The position numbers were made by a program, and so were the translations under genes. The notes beneath the pieces were generated by a model. The model was given only the letters and a program-made list of their open reading frames with translations. It searched no databases and had not been told where the DNA came from. Source: Eledone cirrhosa (lineage: Eukaryota). From it: a DNA stretch of 64,000 nucleotides. Below are positions 20,241 to 33,003 of the stretch, piece after piece (position 1 is the stretch's first letter; each line of letters starts with the position of its first letter). Location of the stretch: the NCBI GenBank assembly GCA_964016885.1, contig OZ024744.1, positions 45,446,001-45,510,000 of the forward strand, given 5' to 3'.

Positions 20241-20682
20241 CCCTCTATTTCCCCAATCGCAAATGTTCTGCTCACAATTATTGCTGTATTTATCACTTCG
20301 TTAGCTTCCACAACACATTTATTTTTTTACGCTCATTTTCTCTACCATGCTGTCTCTCTATCTGTCTATTTTGCTATCAGATGCTACAGGCCATGACTTG
20401 GCTACCTACCTCACAATTTCCCACCCACCACCATAGCCCTCCGACCCACCCCCTCACACCACCATAGCCTATTCGACCAACCAAACCTCAGCATGCCCCC
20501 CTCCCCCACTACCAACCCCAACAAACCCTGCCATTTCTACTACTACCTAACTCTCTCCTCCCCCGTCCCAGCCCAACACACCCTGCCATTATTACCACCA
20601 CCACTGTTCTTCTAGCCCTGAATTTTCCTACCGTTATGTATGGATGAGCTGAGAATAATTTGGAGCAACTCTGAATTAATAG

Positions 20683-23578
20683 ATGAAAATGAATATGAAT
20701 CCGCGAGCTACCAAGCCCCCATGTGAAGCTCCAATTCACAGACAGGAAGCACACACACACCCCTGCAAAAATCGACCCTTCCCTACGAATGTCGACAAAT
20801 GCCCAAAACTTCGAGTTGGTACCATCAATGTAAGCACAATGAAAGGAAGAGCAGGCGAAATCGTAGAGATGCTAGAGCGAAAGGAAATTGATGTATTCTG
20901 TGTGCAAGAGACTAGATGGAGAGGAGAGTCTGCTAGAGTCCTTGTAGGAAAAAGTCAGTGCTACAAATTTTTCTGGGTGGGAAATGACGATGAGATGGGT
21001 GGTGTAGGTATACAACTAGCTGACAAGTGGGTAGATAAAGTAATCTCAGTGTACAGGGTAAATGCAAGAATCATTAAACTCAGACTAGTCCTGAATAAAA
21101 CAATTACCACAATAATATCAGCATACGCACCCCATTCAGGGTTGCCAGACGAACTTAAGAATAAATTTTACGAGTCACTAATGCACATTACTGCTCTAAC
21201 AAACGACAATGACTTTCTAATCATCGCAGGAGATTTTAACGGACACGTAGGTAAACACTGTGACGGCTTCAATAGAGTCCATGGAGGCCATGGGGTTGGC
21301 ACAAGAAATGAAGAAGGATTCAGACTTCTAGAATTCTGCGACGCCAATGACATTTCGATATGTAACACAAACTTCAAAAAGCCTGACAGCCACCTGATCA
21401 CCTATAGATCAGGGGAGCATTCTAGTCAGATAGATTTTATCCTCATCAGAGGACGTGGCAGATGGAGGTCATAAACACAAAAGCCTTCCTTAGTGAGGAA
21501 TGTACCTCCCAACATAGCTTAGTTGTCAGCGACCTTACGGTCAGAACTAGACGAACCTGGAAACAGAGGCCAGCCTGGAGAAGAAAGATCTGGAAGCTGA
21601 AAGACCCCAGCCAGTAACAGATTTAAAGATATTTTACTCATCGCCTACGACAGTAAAGAAGAACAGATAGAGACATTCAAAGTAGAAGAGTACTGGGAGT
21701 TCCTAAAAAATAACTTACTAGAGGCGACGGATGAGGTCTGTGGCTGGAGTAAGACCACAAGAAGGAGGAGAGTGACTTGGTAGTAGAACAATAAGGTAGA
21801 TGAGGCAGTTAAGGCTAAGAGACAGGCATGGAAAGAATGGAAGAACGGGGGACGCAGGGTACATTGCATAGAGACCAAGAGGGAAGCTAGGCGTCAAGTA
21901 TACTTAGCTAGGAGGGGAGCAGAGGATAGAAAATTCAAGCATGTTTTGCAACGTGACGACCAGAAACAGGAGGTGTTCAAGATTGCGAGGCAGTGTGTAA
22001 GAGAGAATTGTGATGTCATTGGAGAGAAATGTATCCGGAATGATAAAGGTGAGCTTGCCTTCGCCAGTGCTTAGAAGAAAGATGCATGGAAGAGCCATTA
22101 TGATAGATTACTAAATGAGGAGAATGCATGGGAAGAAGAAACCCTACCCCAAGTAGAACCTATAGAGGGGCCAGCAGTACAAGTCAGCAGCAGCATAGTA
22201 AATAAAGCAATCAAAGATATGAAGATGGGGAAGGCAACCGGTCCATCGGGTATAGCTGCCGAGATGCTGAAGGCATTTGGGTATGTAGGAGGAGTTTAAG
22301 ACGGGATGCCCATGGGAACTCCTGTATGTAGATGACCTCGCATTATAGCTGAATCTATGGTAAAACTAGAGAAGAAATTCCAAACTTGGAAGCAGGGACT
22401 AGAAAGAAAGGGTCTCAAAGTCAACATGACAAAGACTAAGGTCCTTGGAAGTAGACGAGAAAAGAACACAGATCCCTCAGGGAAATGGCCTTGCTCAGTA
22501 TGTAGGAAAGGTGTAGGTAGGAACTCCATTCTCTGCCCCAAATGCAAACAATGGGTACACAAGAGATGTTGCGGGATCTCACGAAGCTTAATTAAGAATG
22601 TAGGCTTCACATGCAGCAGCTGTACTGGGACAGCAAGCAGCAAACAGCCACAGGAAACAAGTACCACCAATCTCTGGGAGGGCTCTGTAGAAACAGTAGA
22701 TAGCTGCTGCTACCTAGGTGACCGAATTAGCAGCAGAGGTGGGTGTTCAGAAAGTACAATAACTAGGGTAAGAACGGGTTGTAAGAAGTTCAGGGAACAA
22801 CTGCCACTGCTAGCTGCAAAAGGCTTCTCCCTCGAAATGAAAGGCAGAGTGTATGATGCGTGTATCCGAACAACAATGTTATATGGTAGTGACACTTGGG
22901 CGCTGAAGGTGGAAGACTTACGTAGATTAGAAAGAACCGAAGCCTGCATGCTCCGATGGATGTATTATAGTAATATACGCGAACGGCAAAGCATAAATGA
23001 ATTGCGAGAGAGACCTAGAATAAGAGGAATCAAATGGTGTGTGCAGGAGAGGCGGTTGCATTGCTATGGACATGTGATGCGTATGAAGGATGACAGCTGC
23101 ATAAAAAGGAGCAGAGCACTAGAAGTCAATGGAAACCGTGGAGTGAGGAGACCCAAGAAGACTGGGATGAGGTGATAAAAACCGACATTACCCAATTACA
23201 CCTCTCAAATGCGATGACACACGACCATGACCTCTGGCGTCATGCAGTAATACAGAGTACCCGACCTCCCATGGGTACAAGCTGAAACATATAGACAATA
23301 AGCCCCCACACCCTCCCACTGCAAATTGGTCGTGGAGGTGCCATGGCAAAAAAGCACCCAGCCCACACTGTAAAGTGGACGTGTAGGCGCCACGGAAAAA
23401 AGCACCCAGCACTCACTGTAAATAAGGTTGGTGTTAGGAAGGGCATCCAGCTGTAGAAATCAAGCCAAAATCAGTTCCTCTATGAGCAAGGCATGGTCGG
23501 CCGACCAGACACTGGCCACAACAGGACAACCCGTCTAACCAATGCTAGCAAAACGGTGATGATGATGATGATGTTGAT
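20683..23578 (+). mobile_element. RTE-clade LINE, subfamily B, degenerate, with internal RT deletion
   Basis: APE endonuclease ORF 20683-21474 (VGTINV, VQETRW, SAYAP, GDFNGHVG, SQIDFIL). RT core deleted at ~22290 (EMLKAFGYVG joined to EFKTGCPWELLY). C-terminal ORF 22357-23175; 3' UTR with AGGAAGGGCATCCAGCTGTAGAAA; (GAT)n tail. True 5' end uncertain. Confidence 0.9.
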
Positions 23579-23618
23579 ATACATATAGGTTTACTATGAT
23601 TTTGTTTATATATTCTAG

Positions 23619-23678
23619 GTGACCATATTACAGTGTCCCCTTCCATTGCTTCAATGGAGCCAAAATCAACTGAAAAGG
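23619..23678 (+). CDS. Mini-exon 1 (type A, 60 bp, phase 1-1): DHITVSPSIASMEPKSTEK
   Basis: tattctag|GTGACC...GAAAAGG|gtaagt; open frame; paralogous to 12 other 60-bp exons. Confidence 0.75.
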
Positions 23679-23745
23679 GTAAGTTATAATTTGAACATCA
23701 TCTAATAAGTTATTCAATAATTTATCCCTTCTCTCTATATATAAA

Positions 23746-23825
<80 letters not shown>

Positions 23826-23989
23826 TTGAAAAAAAATGAAAACGAAATTTCATTTCTCACTCTTAGTATGGCACTTACTTAACACCGTATGGCATAAATT
23901 CAGGCTGTTCAGTTTGTTTACAAACGAACAAAGCGGCGTTATAATAAGCGTCCGCTAAACTGATGCGTGCATATATGTATGTGTACCTG

Positions 23990-24111
<122 letters not shown>

Positions 24112-24346
24112 TGCTACTGTAGGTCTGTATACATATATGTATGTATGTATACATACATACTTACATTTAAGTAAGTGCCATACTAAGAGTGAGAAATGAA
24201 ATTTAGTTTTCATTTTTTTCAGCTTATCGTTTTCGGTATGCCTCACCGATTTAACTCACTCAATATGCAAATTAGGCTGCTCAGCCGTTAATTTTCATAA
24301 GGAAAGTATATACTTTCGAACGTTCAACTATCTGGCAGATGGGTAT

Positions 24347-24389
24347 ACGGTGCTGATGATAGGTAACAAGCTTGAAACTAGTACATCGT
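24347..24389 (+). ncRNA. Minimal type I hammerhead ribozyme motif, copy 1 (stem II damaged)
   Basis: ACGGTG-CTGATGA-tAGGTaacaAGCTt-GAAA-CTAG-TA^-CATCGT; stem I ACGGTG/CATCGT; palindromic stem III ACTAGT. Confidence 0.6.
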
Positions 24390-24541
24390 TCCTGTGTCAG
24401 TGTTGAACAAAAAGGTGACGTGGTTGCATTAACACAGTATGGCATACATTCAGGCTGTTCAGTTTGTTTACAAACGAACAAAGCGGCGTTATAATAAGCG
24501 TCCGCTAAACTGATGCGTGCATATATGTATGTGTACCTGTA

Positions 24542-24595
<54 letters not shown>

Positions 24596-24830
24596 TGCTA
24601 CTGTACGTCTGTATACATATATGTATGTATGTATACATACATACTTACATTTAAGTAAGTGCCATACTAAGAGTGAGAAATGAAATTTAGTTTTCATTTT
24701 TTTCAGCTTATCGTTTTCGGTATGCCTCACCGATTTAACTCACTCAATATGCAAATTAGGCTGCTCAGCCGTTAATTTTCATAAGGAAAGTATATACTTT
24801 CGAACGTTCAACTATCTGGCAGATGGGTAT

Positions 24831-24873
24831 ACGGTGCTGATGATAGCTAACAAGCTTGAAACTAGTACATCGT
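24831..24873 (+). ncRNA. Minimal type I hammerhead ribozyme motif, copy 2
   Basis: ACGGTG-CTGATGA-tAGCTaacaAGCTt-GAAA-CTAG-TA^-CATCGT; GUA triplet, predicted cut after 24867; U-U mismatch at the base of stem II. Confidence 0.7.
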
Positions 24874-25025
24874 TCCTGTGTCAGTGTTGAACAAAAAGGT
24901 GACGTGGTTGCATTAACACAGTATGGCATAAATTCAGGCTGTTCAGTTTGTTTACAAACGAACAAAGCGGCGTTATAATAAGCGTCCGCTAAACTGATGC
25001 GTGCATATATGTATGTGTACCTGTA

Positions 25026-25077
<52 letters not shown>

Positions 25078-25127
25078 TGCTACTGTACGTCTGTATACAT
25101 ATATGTATGTACGTATACATACATACT

Positions 25128-25349
<222 letters not shown>

Positions 25350-25549
25350 AGTATGTATGTATACGTACATACATATATGTATACAGACGATATGAATACC
25401 CCCTCCGCCTCCGTGGTATTTTCTTTGTGGTTATAAGAGGCTTAGCTCTGTTTCTCGACCGTTATATCGCGTGACTATCTCCCCCTCCGCCTTTTGGGAT
25501 TCTTTCTCACGTCGTGTAGACGCGTTCTTGAGACTAGTAAAATGAGGTA

Positions 25550-25637
25550 TCCTCTTGATAAGTCGGCAGACCTCGCAAGAACTCTATATCTTTGATATAT
25601 TGTTTTTGTTTATGCCACGAAACTACGTAGTCGAGGA
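25550..25637 (+). ncRNA. Degenerate type I hammerhead motif of an unrelated repeat
   Basis: TCCTC-TTGATAA (CTGATGA with 2 transitions)-GTcGGCA...TGCCAC-GAAA-CTACGTAG-TC^-GAGGA. Confidence 0.5.
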
Positions 25638-25868
25638 ATTTAGGAACAGTTTAGGTATGATACATTTTATTACTAATTATATCTAAATGTTTCTTCTCTC
25701 TTCATAATGTATTTTTAACTCTGATACTGGTTCAGTCTGGTTCAAACTGAATTGGTCTGTCCCAGTCATTCATTGAGCAACATCGGTGAAGTTGGCACCC
25801 TTAACTCACAGTTGGGTGCGGATGCATTCATGTATATATGTGTGTGTCCGCATGTATCTGTGTGTTTC

Positions 25869-25928
<60 letters not shown>

Positions 25929-26081
25929 AGGGACAAAGGGAGTTTGGTCCAGTCGTGTTTACACCTGGTATATATATATATATATATCAGTGATAATGAA
26001 TCTAATAACTGTTGCCTGTATTTGTAATGTTATTTGTATATATACATGTAGGTTTACTATGATTTTGTTTATATATTCTAG

Positions 26082-26141
26082 GTGACCATATTACCGTGTA
26101 CCCTCCCAGTGCTGCAATGAAGCCTGAAACTACTCAAAAGA
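26082..26141 (+). CDS. Mini-exon 2 (type B, 60 bp): DHITVYPPSAAMKPETTQK
   Basis: ttctag|GTGACC...CAAAAGA|gtaagt; only the phase-1 frame is open. Confidence 0.75.
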
Positions 26142-26225
26142 GTAAGTTATAATTTAAACATCATGTAATAAGTTATTCAATAATTTATCCTTTCTCTCTA
26201 TATATAAATATATGTGTATATATAT

Positions 26226-29200
26226 ATCATCATCATCATCATCATCAACGTTTAACGTCCGTGTTCCACGCTTGCATGGGTTTGGACGGGGGTAGTCCCA
26301 CTTGAGGCAAGAGTGATTGTCTTGCTCGCATAGGACTGTCTGGCAGGTTTTCTACAGTTGGATGCCCTTCCTAACACCAACCACATTTACAGTGTGGGTC
26401 TGGGAGGTTTTTACCGTGTTGCCTACACGGCCACATTACAGCGTGGACTGTGTGTTTTTTTGTCGTGACACCTACACGATCTCATTTGTTTCGGCCTGGA
26501 TGGCGCGGCACCAACATAACTTTACATAGAACGGGGTGGTGTGGATGGGGTGGGGGTGGCGGCGGGAGGGGTGTATTTTGTTAGAGATGCCTACTGGCAA
26601 GGCGGGTCTTCTCTGTTACTGAGTACCGCCAAAGGTCACGGTCCAGTGACATTGTCTTGGAGAGGTGTAAGTGTGTGAGGTCGGAGTTTATCAGCTCATC
26701 CCATGTTTTTCTAGGTCTGCCTATTCCGTGGCTACCGTCTATCTTTATTGCCCTGCACTTTGTAATACAGCTATCGACTTTCATGCGCATCACGTGTCCA
26801 TACCAACGCAGCCTTCTCTCGAGTAAACAACATTTGATCCCTCTTATCTCTAATTTTTTCCTTAGTTCGTTTATGCTTTGCCGTTCACGTATATTACTGT
26901 TACACATCCAGCGGAGCATGCAAGCTTCGTTCCTCTCTAGTCTGCGTATATCCTCTGCACACAATGCCCAGGTCTCACAACCATGCAACATTGCTGTTCG
27001 TATGCAGGCATCGTACAACCTGCCTTTCATTTTTAGGGAGAACCCTTTAGCAGCTAATAGTGGTATAAGCTCTCTGAACTTTTTCCAACCAGTTCTGACT
27101 CTAGCTACAGTACTTTCAGAGCACCCTCCCCCACTGCTGATTTTATCGCCCAGGTAACGGAAGCTGTCCACTATTTCTATAGAACCCTCTGCGCAATTGA
27201 AAGAGCTAGTATTTTGTGGGCACTTGCTGCTACTTATGTGCACCAGAACACCGGCCACATGTAAAGTCTATGTTCTTAGTTAGCTTACCTGTGATCCCAC
27301 TACATCTTTTATGCACCCATACTTTGCATTTAGGACATAAGATGGAGTTTCTACCTACGCCTTTCCTACATACCGAGCACGACCATTTCCCAGAAGGGAC
27401 CGCCGCCTTGTTTTCTTTCCTACAAACTAGAACTTTGGTCTTAGCCAGGTTAATTTTAAGTCCTTTTGACTCTAGGCCGTGCTTCCATGTTTGGAATTTC
27501 TTCTCTAGCTCGGCCATTGATTCCGCTATGAGTGTCAGGTCGTCTGCGTATAGGAGTTCCCATGGGCAGCCTGTCTTGAACTCCTCTGTTATAGCCTGAA
27601 GGGCAATAATAAATAGTAGGGGGCTGAGAACAGAGCCCTGATGGACGCCAACTTTTACGCTAAACTCTTCACTATATTCGTTGTTAATTCTAACCTTGCT
27701 GACTGTTTTTTTATACATGGCTTGTATAGCCCTCACAAGCCATTCGTCAACGCCTAGTTTTCTAAGAGCCCACCAGATAATGGAGCGGGGGACTCTGTCG
27801 AAGGCTTTCTCCAGGTCGACAAAAGCTAAGTAGAGGGGTTTACCTTTAGCTAGGTACTTCTCCTGTAGTTGTCGTACTATGAAAAGAGCGTCTGTGGTGC
27901 TTTTGCCTGACACAAACCCGAACTGCATTTCATCTAGATCAATTCTCTCTCTGATTAGTTGCGCTATTACTTTTTCCGTGACCTTCATGACCTGGTCGAT
28001 TAATTTAATGCCTCTATAGTTACTCCTATCTAGGGCGTCTCCTTTACCCTTATAACAGTTAACGATGATGCTGCTTTGCCAGTCCTTCGGAACAACCCCA
28101 TTCTGTACGACATGGTTAACTATGCGGGTGACCATGGTGTGTCCCACCGTGCCAGATGCCTTCAGCATCTCAGCAACTATTTCCGAAGGCCCAGCCGCCT
28201 TACCAGTCTTCATATCCTTGATTGCCTTACTTATTATACTCCCCTCGACTAACACTGCTGGTCCCTCTATCGGGTCGATAAGGGGGAGACTGTCTTTCTC
28301 CCATTTATTCTCCTCATTTAGTAGCCTTTCATAGTGACACTTCCAAGCTACCTTCTTATCAGTGTCGGTGATGGCAAGTATGCCATCATCGTTAAGTACA
28401 CACTTCTCCCCGACAATATCACGGTTTTCCTTGACGCATTGCCTGGCAATCCTGAACACCTCACGTTTTTGGTCATCGCGTTGTAGAACATGCTTGAACT
28501 TTCTTTCCTCAGCTTCCCTTCTTGCTAAGTACACTTCTCTCCTAGCTTCCCTCCTGGCCACTTGATAGTCTACTCTACTTCCCCCATCCCGCCATACTTT
28601 CCAAGCCTGCTTTTTGGCCTTAATTGACCCCTCCACCCTATTGTTCCACCACCATGTTACTCTCCTCCTGCCTACAGGCCTGCTCCAGCCACAGACTTCG
28701 TCTGTCGCCAACAGCAGGTTTGCTTTCAGAAATTTCCACTGTCCCTCTATATTGTCCGATTCTAGATGCTCTTCCTTACTGTCGAAAGCATCAAGTAATA
28801 TGCTTTGAAATTTATTTCTGGCTGTGGGGTCCTTTAGTTTCCATATTTTCCTCCTGAGGATAGTCCTCTTCTGCTGTCGGGTGCGTCTCGTCCTGACTAT
28901 GAGGTCGCTAATTATCAGTCTATGTTGGGAGGTGCATTCTTCATGGGGGAGGGATTTAGTGTTTACAACAGACACTCTGTCACGTCTTCTGGTAAGGATA
29001 TAATCTACCTGGCTTGTGTGTTCCCCGGATCTATAGGTAATCAGGTGATTGTCACGTTTTTTGAAGTTAGTGTTACAGATAGTTAGGTTATTTGCATCAC
29101 AGTATTCCAGAATTCTGGAGCCTTCCTCATTTCTAGTACCAAACCCATAGCCTCCATGGATTTCGTCATAGCCGTCACAATGTTGTCCAACGTGACCATT

Positions 29201-29870
29201 TAGGTCGCCTGCAATAATTATATAGTCACTGTCAGATATTTGGGAGGTAGTTAGCAACAGTGTCTCATAGAATCTGTCTTTTATAGTGCCGGGCAGTCCG
29301 GATTGGGGTGCGTACGCAGATATTACTGTCACCGTAGTTCTATTGAGGACAAGTCTTATTTTAATTATTCTGTCGTTCACTCTATTTACGTCTATTATCT
29401 TATCTGTCCACTTTTCTGCTACCATGATTCCTACTCCACCCAGCCCATCGTCGTTTCCCACCCAGAAAAGCTTATAACATCGTTTTTTACCCTCAATGAA
29501 TCTAGCAGACCCACCCCTCCACCTGGTCTCTTGAATACAACAAACATCGACCTCCTTACGTTCAAGCATTTCTACAACCTCGTTAGCGCGACCCTTTAGG
29601 GTGCCTACATTTATGGTACCAACTCTGAAGTTTTGGGTTGCGTTTGGAGGGTGGGGGTGGTGGGGGGCGGGAGGAGATAGGGTTATGTTAGCCATCCGCG
29701 GACGAAACAAAGAGGAGTGCTCGCATTCTCGTCCACGAGGTGAATTTGACTTTAACTTTGGCATTTTCGCTCTGGGCGTCCAGATTTTTCTCTCCCTTCC
29801 ACTCTCCAGGATTCCGCAGTCCGTCCGTCCATCCATCCATCCATCATATATCGAAGGCAACCGGGCAAGC
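26226..29870 (-). mobile_element. RTE-clade LINE, subfamily A, near full length, one frameshift (~27237)
   Basis: 876-aa ORF 29860-27230 with APE domain, RT (QGSVLSP, YADD) and Cys-rich PHD-like motif; continuation ORF 27258-26581; (ATC)n tail at 26226-26246. Confidence 0.95.
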
Positions 29871-30408
29871 GATAGTATAGGCCTCTGGCTTATGATTTGG
29901 TCCGCGTAATAATAATAATGGTGATGCGTGGGGGTGGGGGTGGGGGGAGCTCTGGCTTATAATAATGGTGGTGATGCGGGGGGGGGGGGGGGGGCTCTGG
30001 CTTATGATTGGTCCACGTATTAAGTATGGTGAAGTATGGTGGCGTGTGGGGGCGGGAGGGAGGATTGTGGGGTAGCTAGCTGGAAGGTTATGAATGTTTT
30101 AGCTAGCTGGAAGGTTATGAATGTTTAACAAGCGATTTAACAAAAAGCAAAACTGCAAGATTTGTTCTGTTCAATACGACAAAAACACCGTATTTAAACC
30201 TTAAATAGATAACAAAAAAAAAAAAAAAAAAAAAAAAAATACAGATTTCGGATTTTGCGAGATTGGATGTTTGTTTGGACTATGTACGGAATTGAGCGTG
30301 GAAATGGAGAGAAGAATTGTACTTTACGATTTACATGAGTCCATCATAGAAATAATTGAAGCAGCGGTGGATTGGCGAAAGTGGATAAACATGAAGGAGA
30401 ACTTATCT

Positions 30409-30457
<49 letters not shown>

Positions 30458-30666
30458 CTAAGCGAGAGATAGAGGGGAAGAAAGAGAGGGGGGGGGAGAT
30501 ATTGTGGCTGACCGCAGCCCCCTCGTGGAGAAGCAAGGAGGGTGAAGGGGTGGATCGGATTTTTGACTTTCAAGTAGCATACTATATATATTTAAAGTAA
30601 TTTATAAGTAGAATGGGGAGGATTTTGTTTTTTTGTTTGAGAATACGATAGAATTAAGGAATTGGA

Positions 30667-30713
<47 letters not shown>

Positions 30714-30824
30714 AGGGACAGAGAGAGTTTGGTCCATATGTGTTTGCACCTGGTGTATATATCTATATATCAGAGATAATCAATCTAATAACTGATTCCA
30801 TGTATTTTTAATGCTATTTGTAAT

Positions 30825-31048
30825 TATAATTACAAATAACTGTTTCTACTTTAGGAACAAGGCCAGCAAATACCCAGTGCATTACTGGTACTTTATTTTA
30901 TCGACCCATAAGGATGAAAGGCAAAGTCAATCCCGCCGAGGTTGACTCTGCCTTTCATCTTTACGGGGTCGATAAAATAATGTACCAGTAATGCACTGGG
31001 TAATTGCTGGCCTTGTTCCTAAAGTAGAAACAGTTATTTGTAATTATA
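30825..31048. mobile_element. Fold-back (inverted dimer) of a SINE-like 3' fragment, ~105-bp arms
   Basis: TATAATTACAAATAACTGTTTCTACTTTAGG...GGCAAAGTCAA / short spacer / TTGACTCTGCCTTTCATC...CCTAAAGTAGAAACAGTTATTTGTAATTATA; absent from paralogous introns. SINE origin is recognised from memory, not from a search. Confidence 0.7.
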
Positions 31049-31085
31049 CATCTAGGTTTACTATGATTTTGTTTATATATTCTAG

Positions 31086-31145
31086 GTGACCATATTACAG
31101 TGTCCCCTCGCATTGCTTCAATGGAGCCAAAATCAACTGAAAAAG
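31086..31145 (+). CDS. Mini-exon 3 (type A): DHITVSPRIASMEPKSTEK
   Basis: ttctag|GTGACC...GAAAAAG|gtaaat; 60 bp. Confidence 0.75.
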
Positions 31146-31366
31146 GTAAATTATAGTTTGAACATCTAATAAGTTATTCAGTAATTTATCCATTCTCTCT
31201 ATATATAAATATATGTATATATATATATATGTATATATGCCAGGGACAGAGGGAGTTTGGTCCAGTTGTGTTTGGACGTGGTGTATATATGTAAATATCA
31301 TTAAATATCAAATGTTATTTGTATATATACATGTAGATTTACTATGATGTTGTTTATATATTCTAG

Positions 31367-31426
31367 GTGACCATATTACCGTGTACCCTCCCAGTGCTGC
31401 AATGAAGCCTGAAACTACTCAAAATA
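31367..31426 (+). CDS. Mini-exon 4 (type B): DHITVYPPSAAMKPETTQN
   Basis: ttctag|GTGACC...CAAAATA|gtaagt; 60 bp. Confidence 0.75.
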
Positions 31427-32135
31427 GTAAGTAATAATTTAAACATCATGTAATAAGTTATTCAGTAACTTATTTAGGTTTTCAACAGTAAATTTATAAC
31501 TACTTAATTCAGTCAACAATATCAAACTCTCTATTACAAACTCCATAACATAATCCAGAATAAACATTTTATTGACTTCCTCAAAGACCTTGTAATGATG
31601 GCAAAAGTAATCTAGACTTTTTTAGGGCATTATCAGAGATAGCTGAAAAAGAATGACATTACATGTGGTTCAAATGAGAAGATAAATGTTACACTAGATT
31701 CATTGAGTTAGATTGAATTATTTCACAGATCAGTATTCTCTTCTTTATAAAAACTTCATCCTACAGTTCTTCACAATTTCTTGTCACCCTTCATTGTTCA
31801 TACGCTGCATCCTCTTCTCCACTACATCTGCCAGTACCCTAAATATTTGGTAAACCACTATATAAATCTGATTTTAAGGACCAGTAGGAAACTGTAGAAT
31901 GTTTCTCTCATAATTCAAGACATCCCACATATGACTAACCACACTTTACTCCTTTTGGAAGTTTTAGATTTGTTGCATAAGTAAGCATGTCATTGAGAGA
32001 ACAAACTGTATAGTTTGCTCTAGTTGATTAAATAAATGACAACTCATTCTACCATTTCTTCAACTTGACAACAGACTCTTTTCAAGAAAACCTTCTAGCT
32101 TTTATTATTCTTTTCTTCTGTATATTTTTTTCCAG

Positions 32136-32201
32136 GTGTGACTCCTGTAGAGATTTTTGTCTCTGAATCAGTCACACACAAAAGAGGTGGATCAAAAGAA
32201 A
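32136..32201 (+). CDS. Mini-exon 5 (type C, 66 bp): VTPVEIFVSESVTHKRGGSKE
   Basis: Strong polypyrimidine tract tttttttccag|GTGTGA...AAAGAAA|gtaagt; only the phase-1 frame is open. Confidence 0.78.
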
Positions 32202-32832
32202 GTAAGTTGTATTTCAAACCCATTCCTACCAGTTAATACAGAAAACTATTACACGTGTTTCAACATTATATCAAATTGACGTTATATTGTATATTTGTAT
32301 ACATTCTAAGTTTATGTAATGTGTATGGTGGACTTAATGAATAAAATAGTGTGTACATATATAAGTGAAGTGATGTTGGTATTATGTGTATGTTGATGTA
32401 TACATATAGGTATATTGGGTTGTATATTAATTCATTGTGTACCTGTTTGGGTGCGTTTGTCCGGTGATGCTTTTTTGAGTGTGTGTGAGCCCTGTTTGTG
32501 TTTGTGTGAGTGTGAGGTTCTGTGTGTGCAATCTCTGTGCGTGTGTATGTAAGAATAAATTTGCTTTATAGGGACTGTTGCCATGATTATAGAAAATTTA
32601 GTAGTAAATGTATATTTACGGATCTAAGTAGTTGGCGTCCTGAATCCTTTCACTATATATAAATATATATATATAAATGGCAGTGGCAGTGGGAGTTTGG
32701 TCCATATGTGTTTGGACCTGGTGTATATATGTATATATCAGAGATAATCAATCTAATAATTGTTGCCTGTATTTGTAATGTTATTTGTATATATACATGT
32801 AGGTTTACTATGATTTTGTTTATATATTCTAG

Positions 32833-32892
32833 GTGACCATATTACCCAGTCCCCTCGCATTGCTTCAATGGAGCCAATATCAACTAAAAAGG
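32833..32892 (+). CDS. Mini-exon 6 (type A'): DHITQSPRIASMEPISTKK
   Basis: ttctag|...AAAAAGG|gtaagt; 60 bp. Confidence 0.75.
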
Positions 32893-32959
32893 GTAAGTTA
32901 TAATTTGAACATCATCTAATAAGTTATTCGGTAATTTATCCTTTCTCTCTATATATAAA

Positions 32960-32999
<40 letters not shown>

Positions 33000-33003
<4 letters not shown>

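Noticed and set aside
686-20396. Repeated 72-85 aa His/Thr/Tyr- or Val/Trp/Cys-rich ORFs in the satellite
   Set aside because: These are translations of a 20-bp (non-triplet) satellite; their recurrence only marks the higher-order repeats.
23589-23618. Alternative acceptor (tag|GTTTACTATGA...) 30 nt upstream of the 60-bp exons
   Set aside because: In frame by length, but it introduces TGA in the phase-1 frame, and the AG is not retained in the same form in every copy.
31560-32100. Possible coding sequence in the B-to-C intron (61-aa ORFs at 39755 and 43171; a minus-strand frame with few stops)
   Set aside because: The frame is not preserved among the three copies, there are several stops and indels, and I recognise no motif. 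At most it is an old fossil.
32178-32195. KR/KK dibasic sites suggesting a neuropeptide precursor
   Set aside because: KR is lost in exon 14 (HIRGG), and the KK/EK/QK exon ends vary with no amidation-type G-K-R pattern. A mucin-like or disordered repeat fits better, though this is not excluded without the N-terminus.
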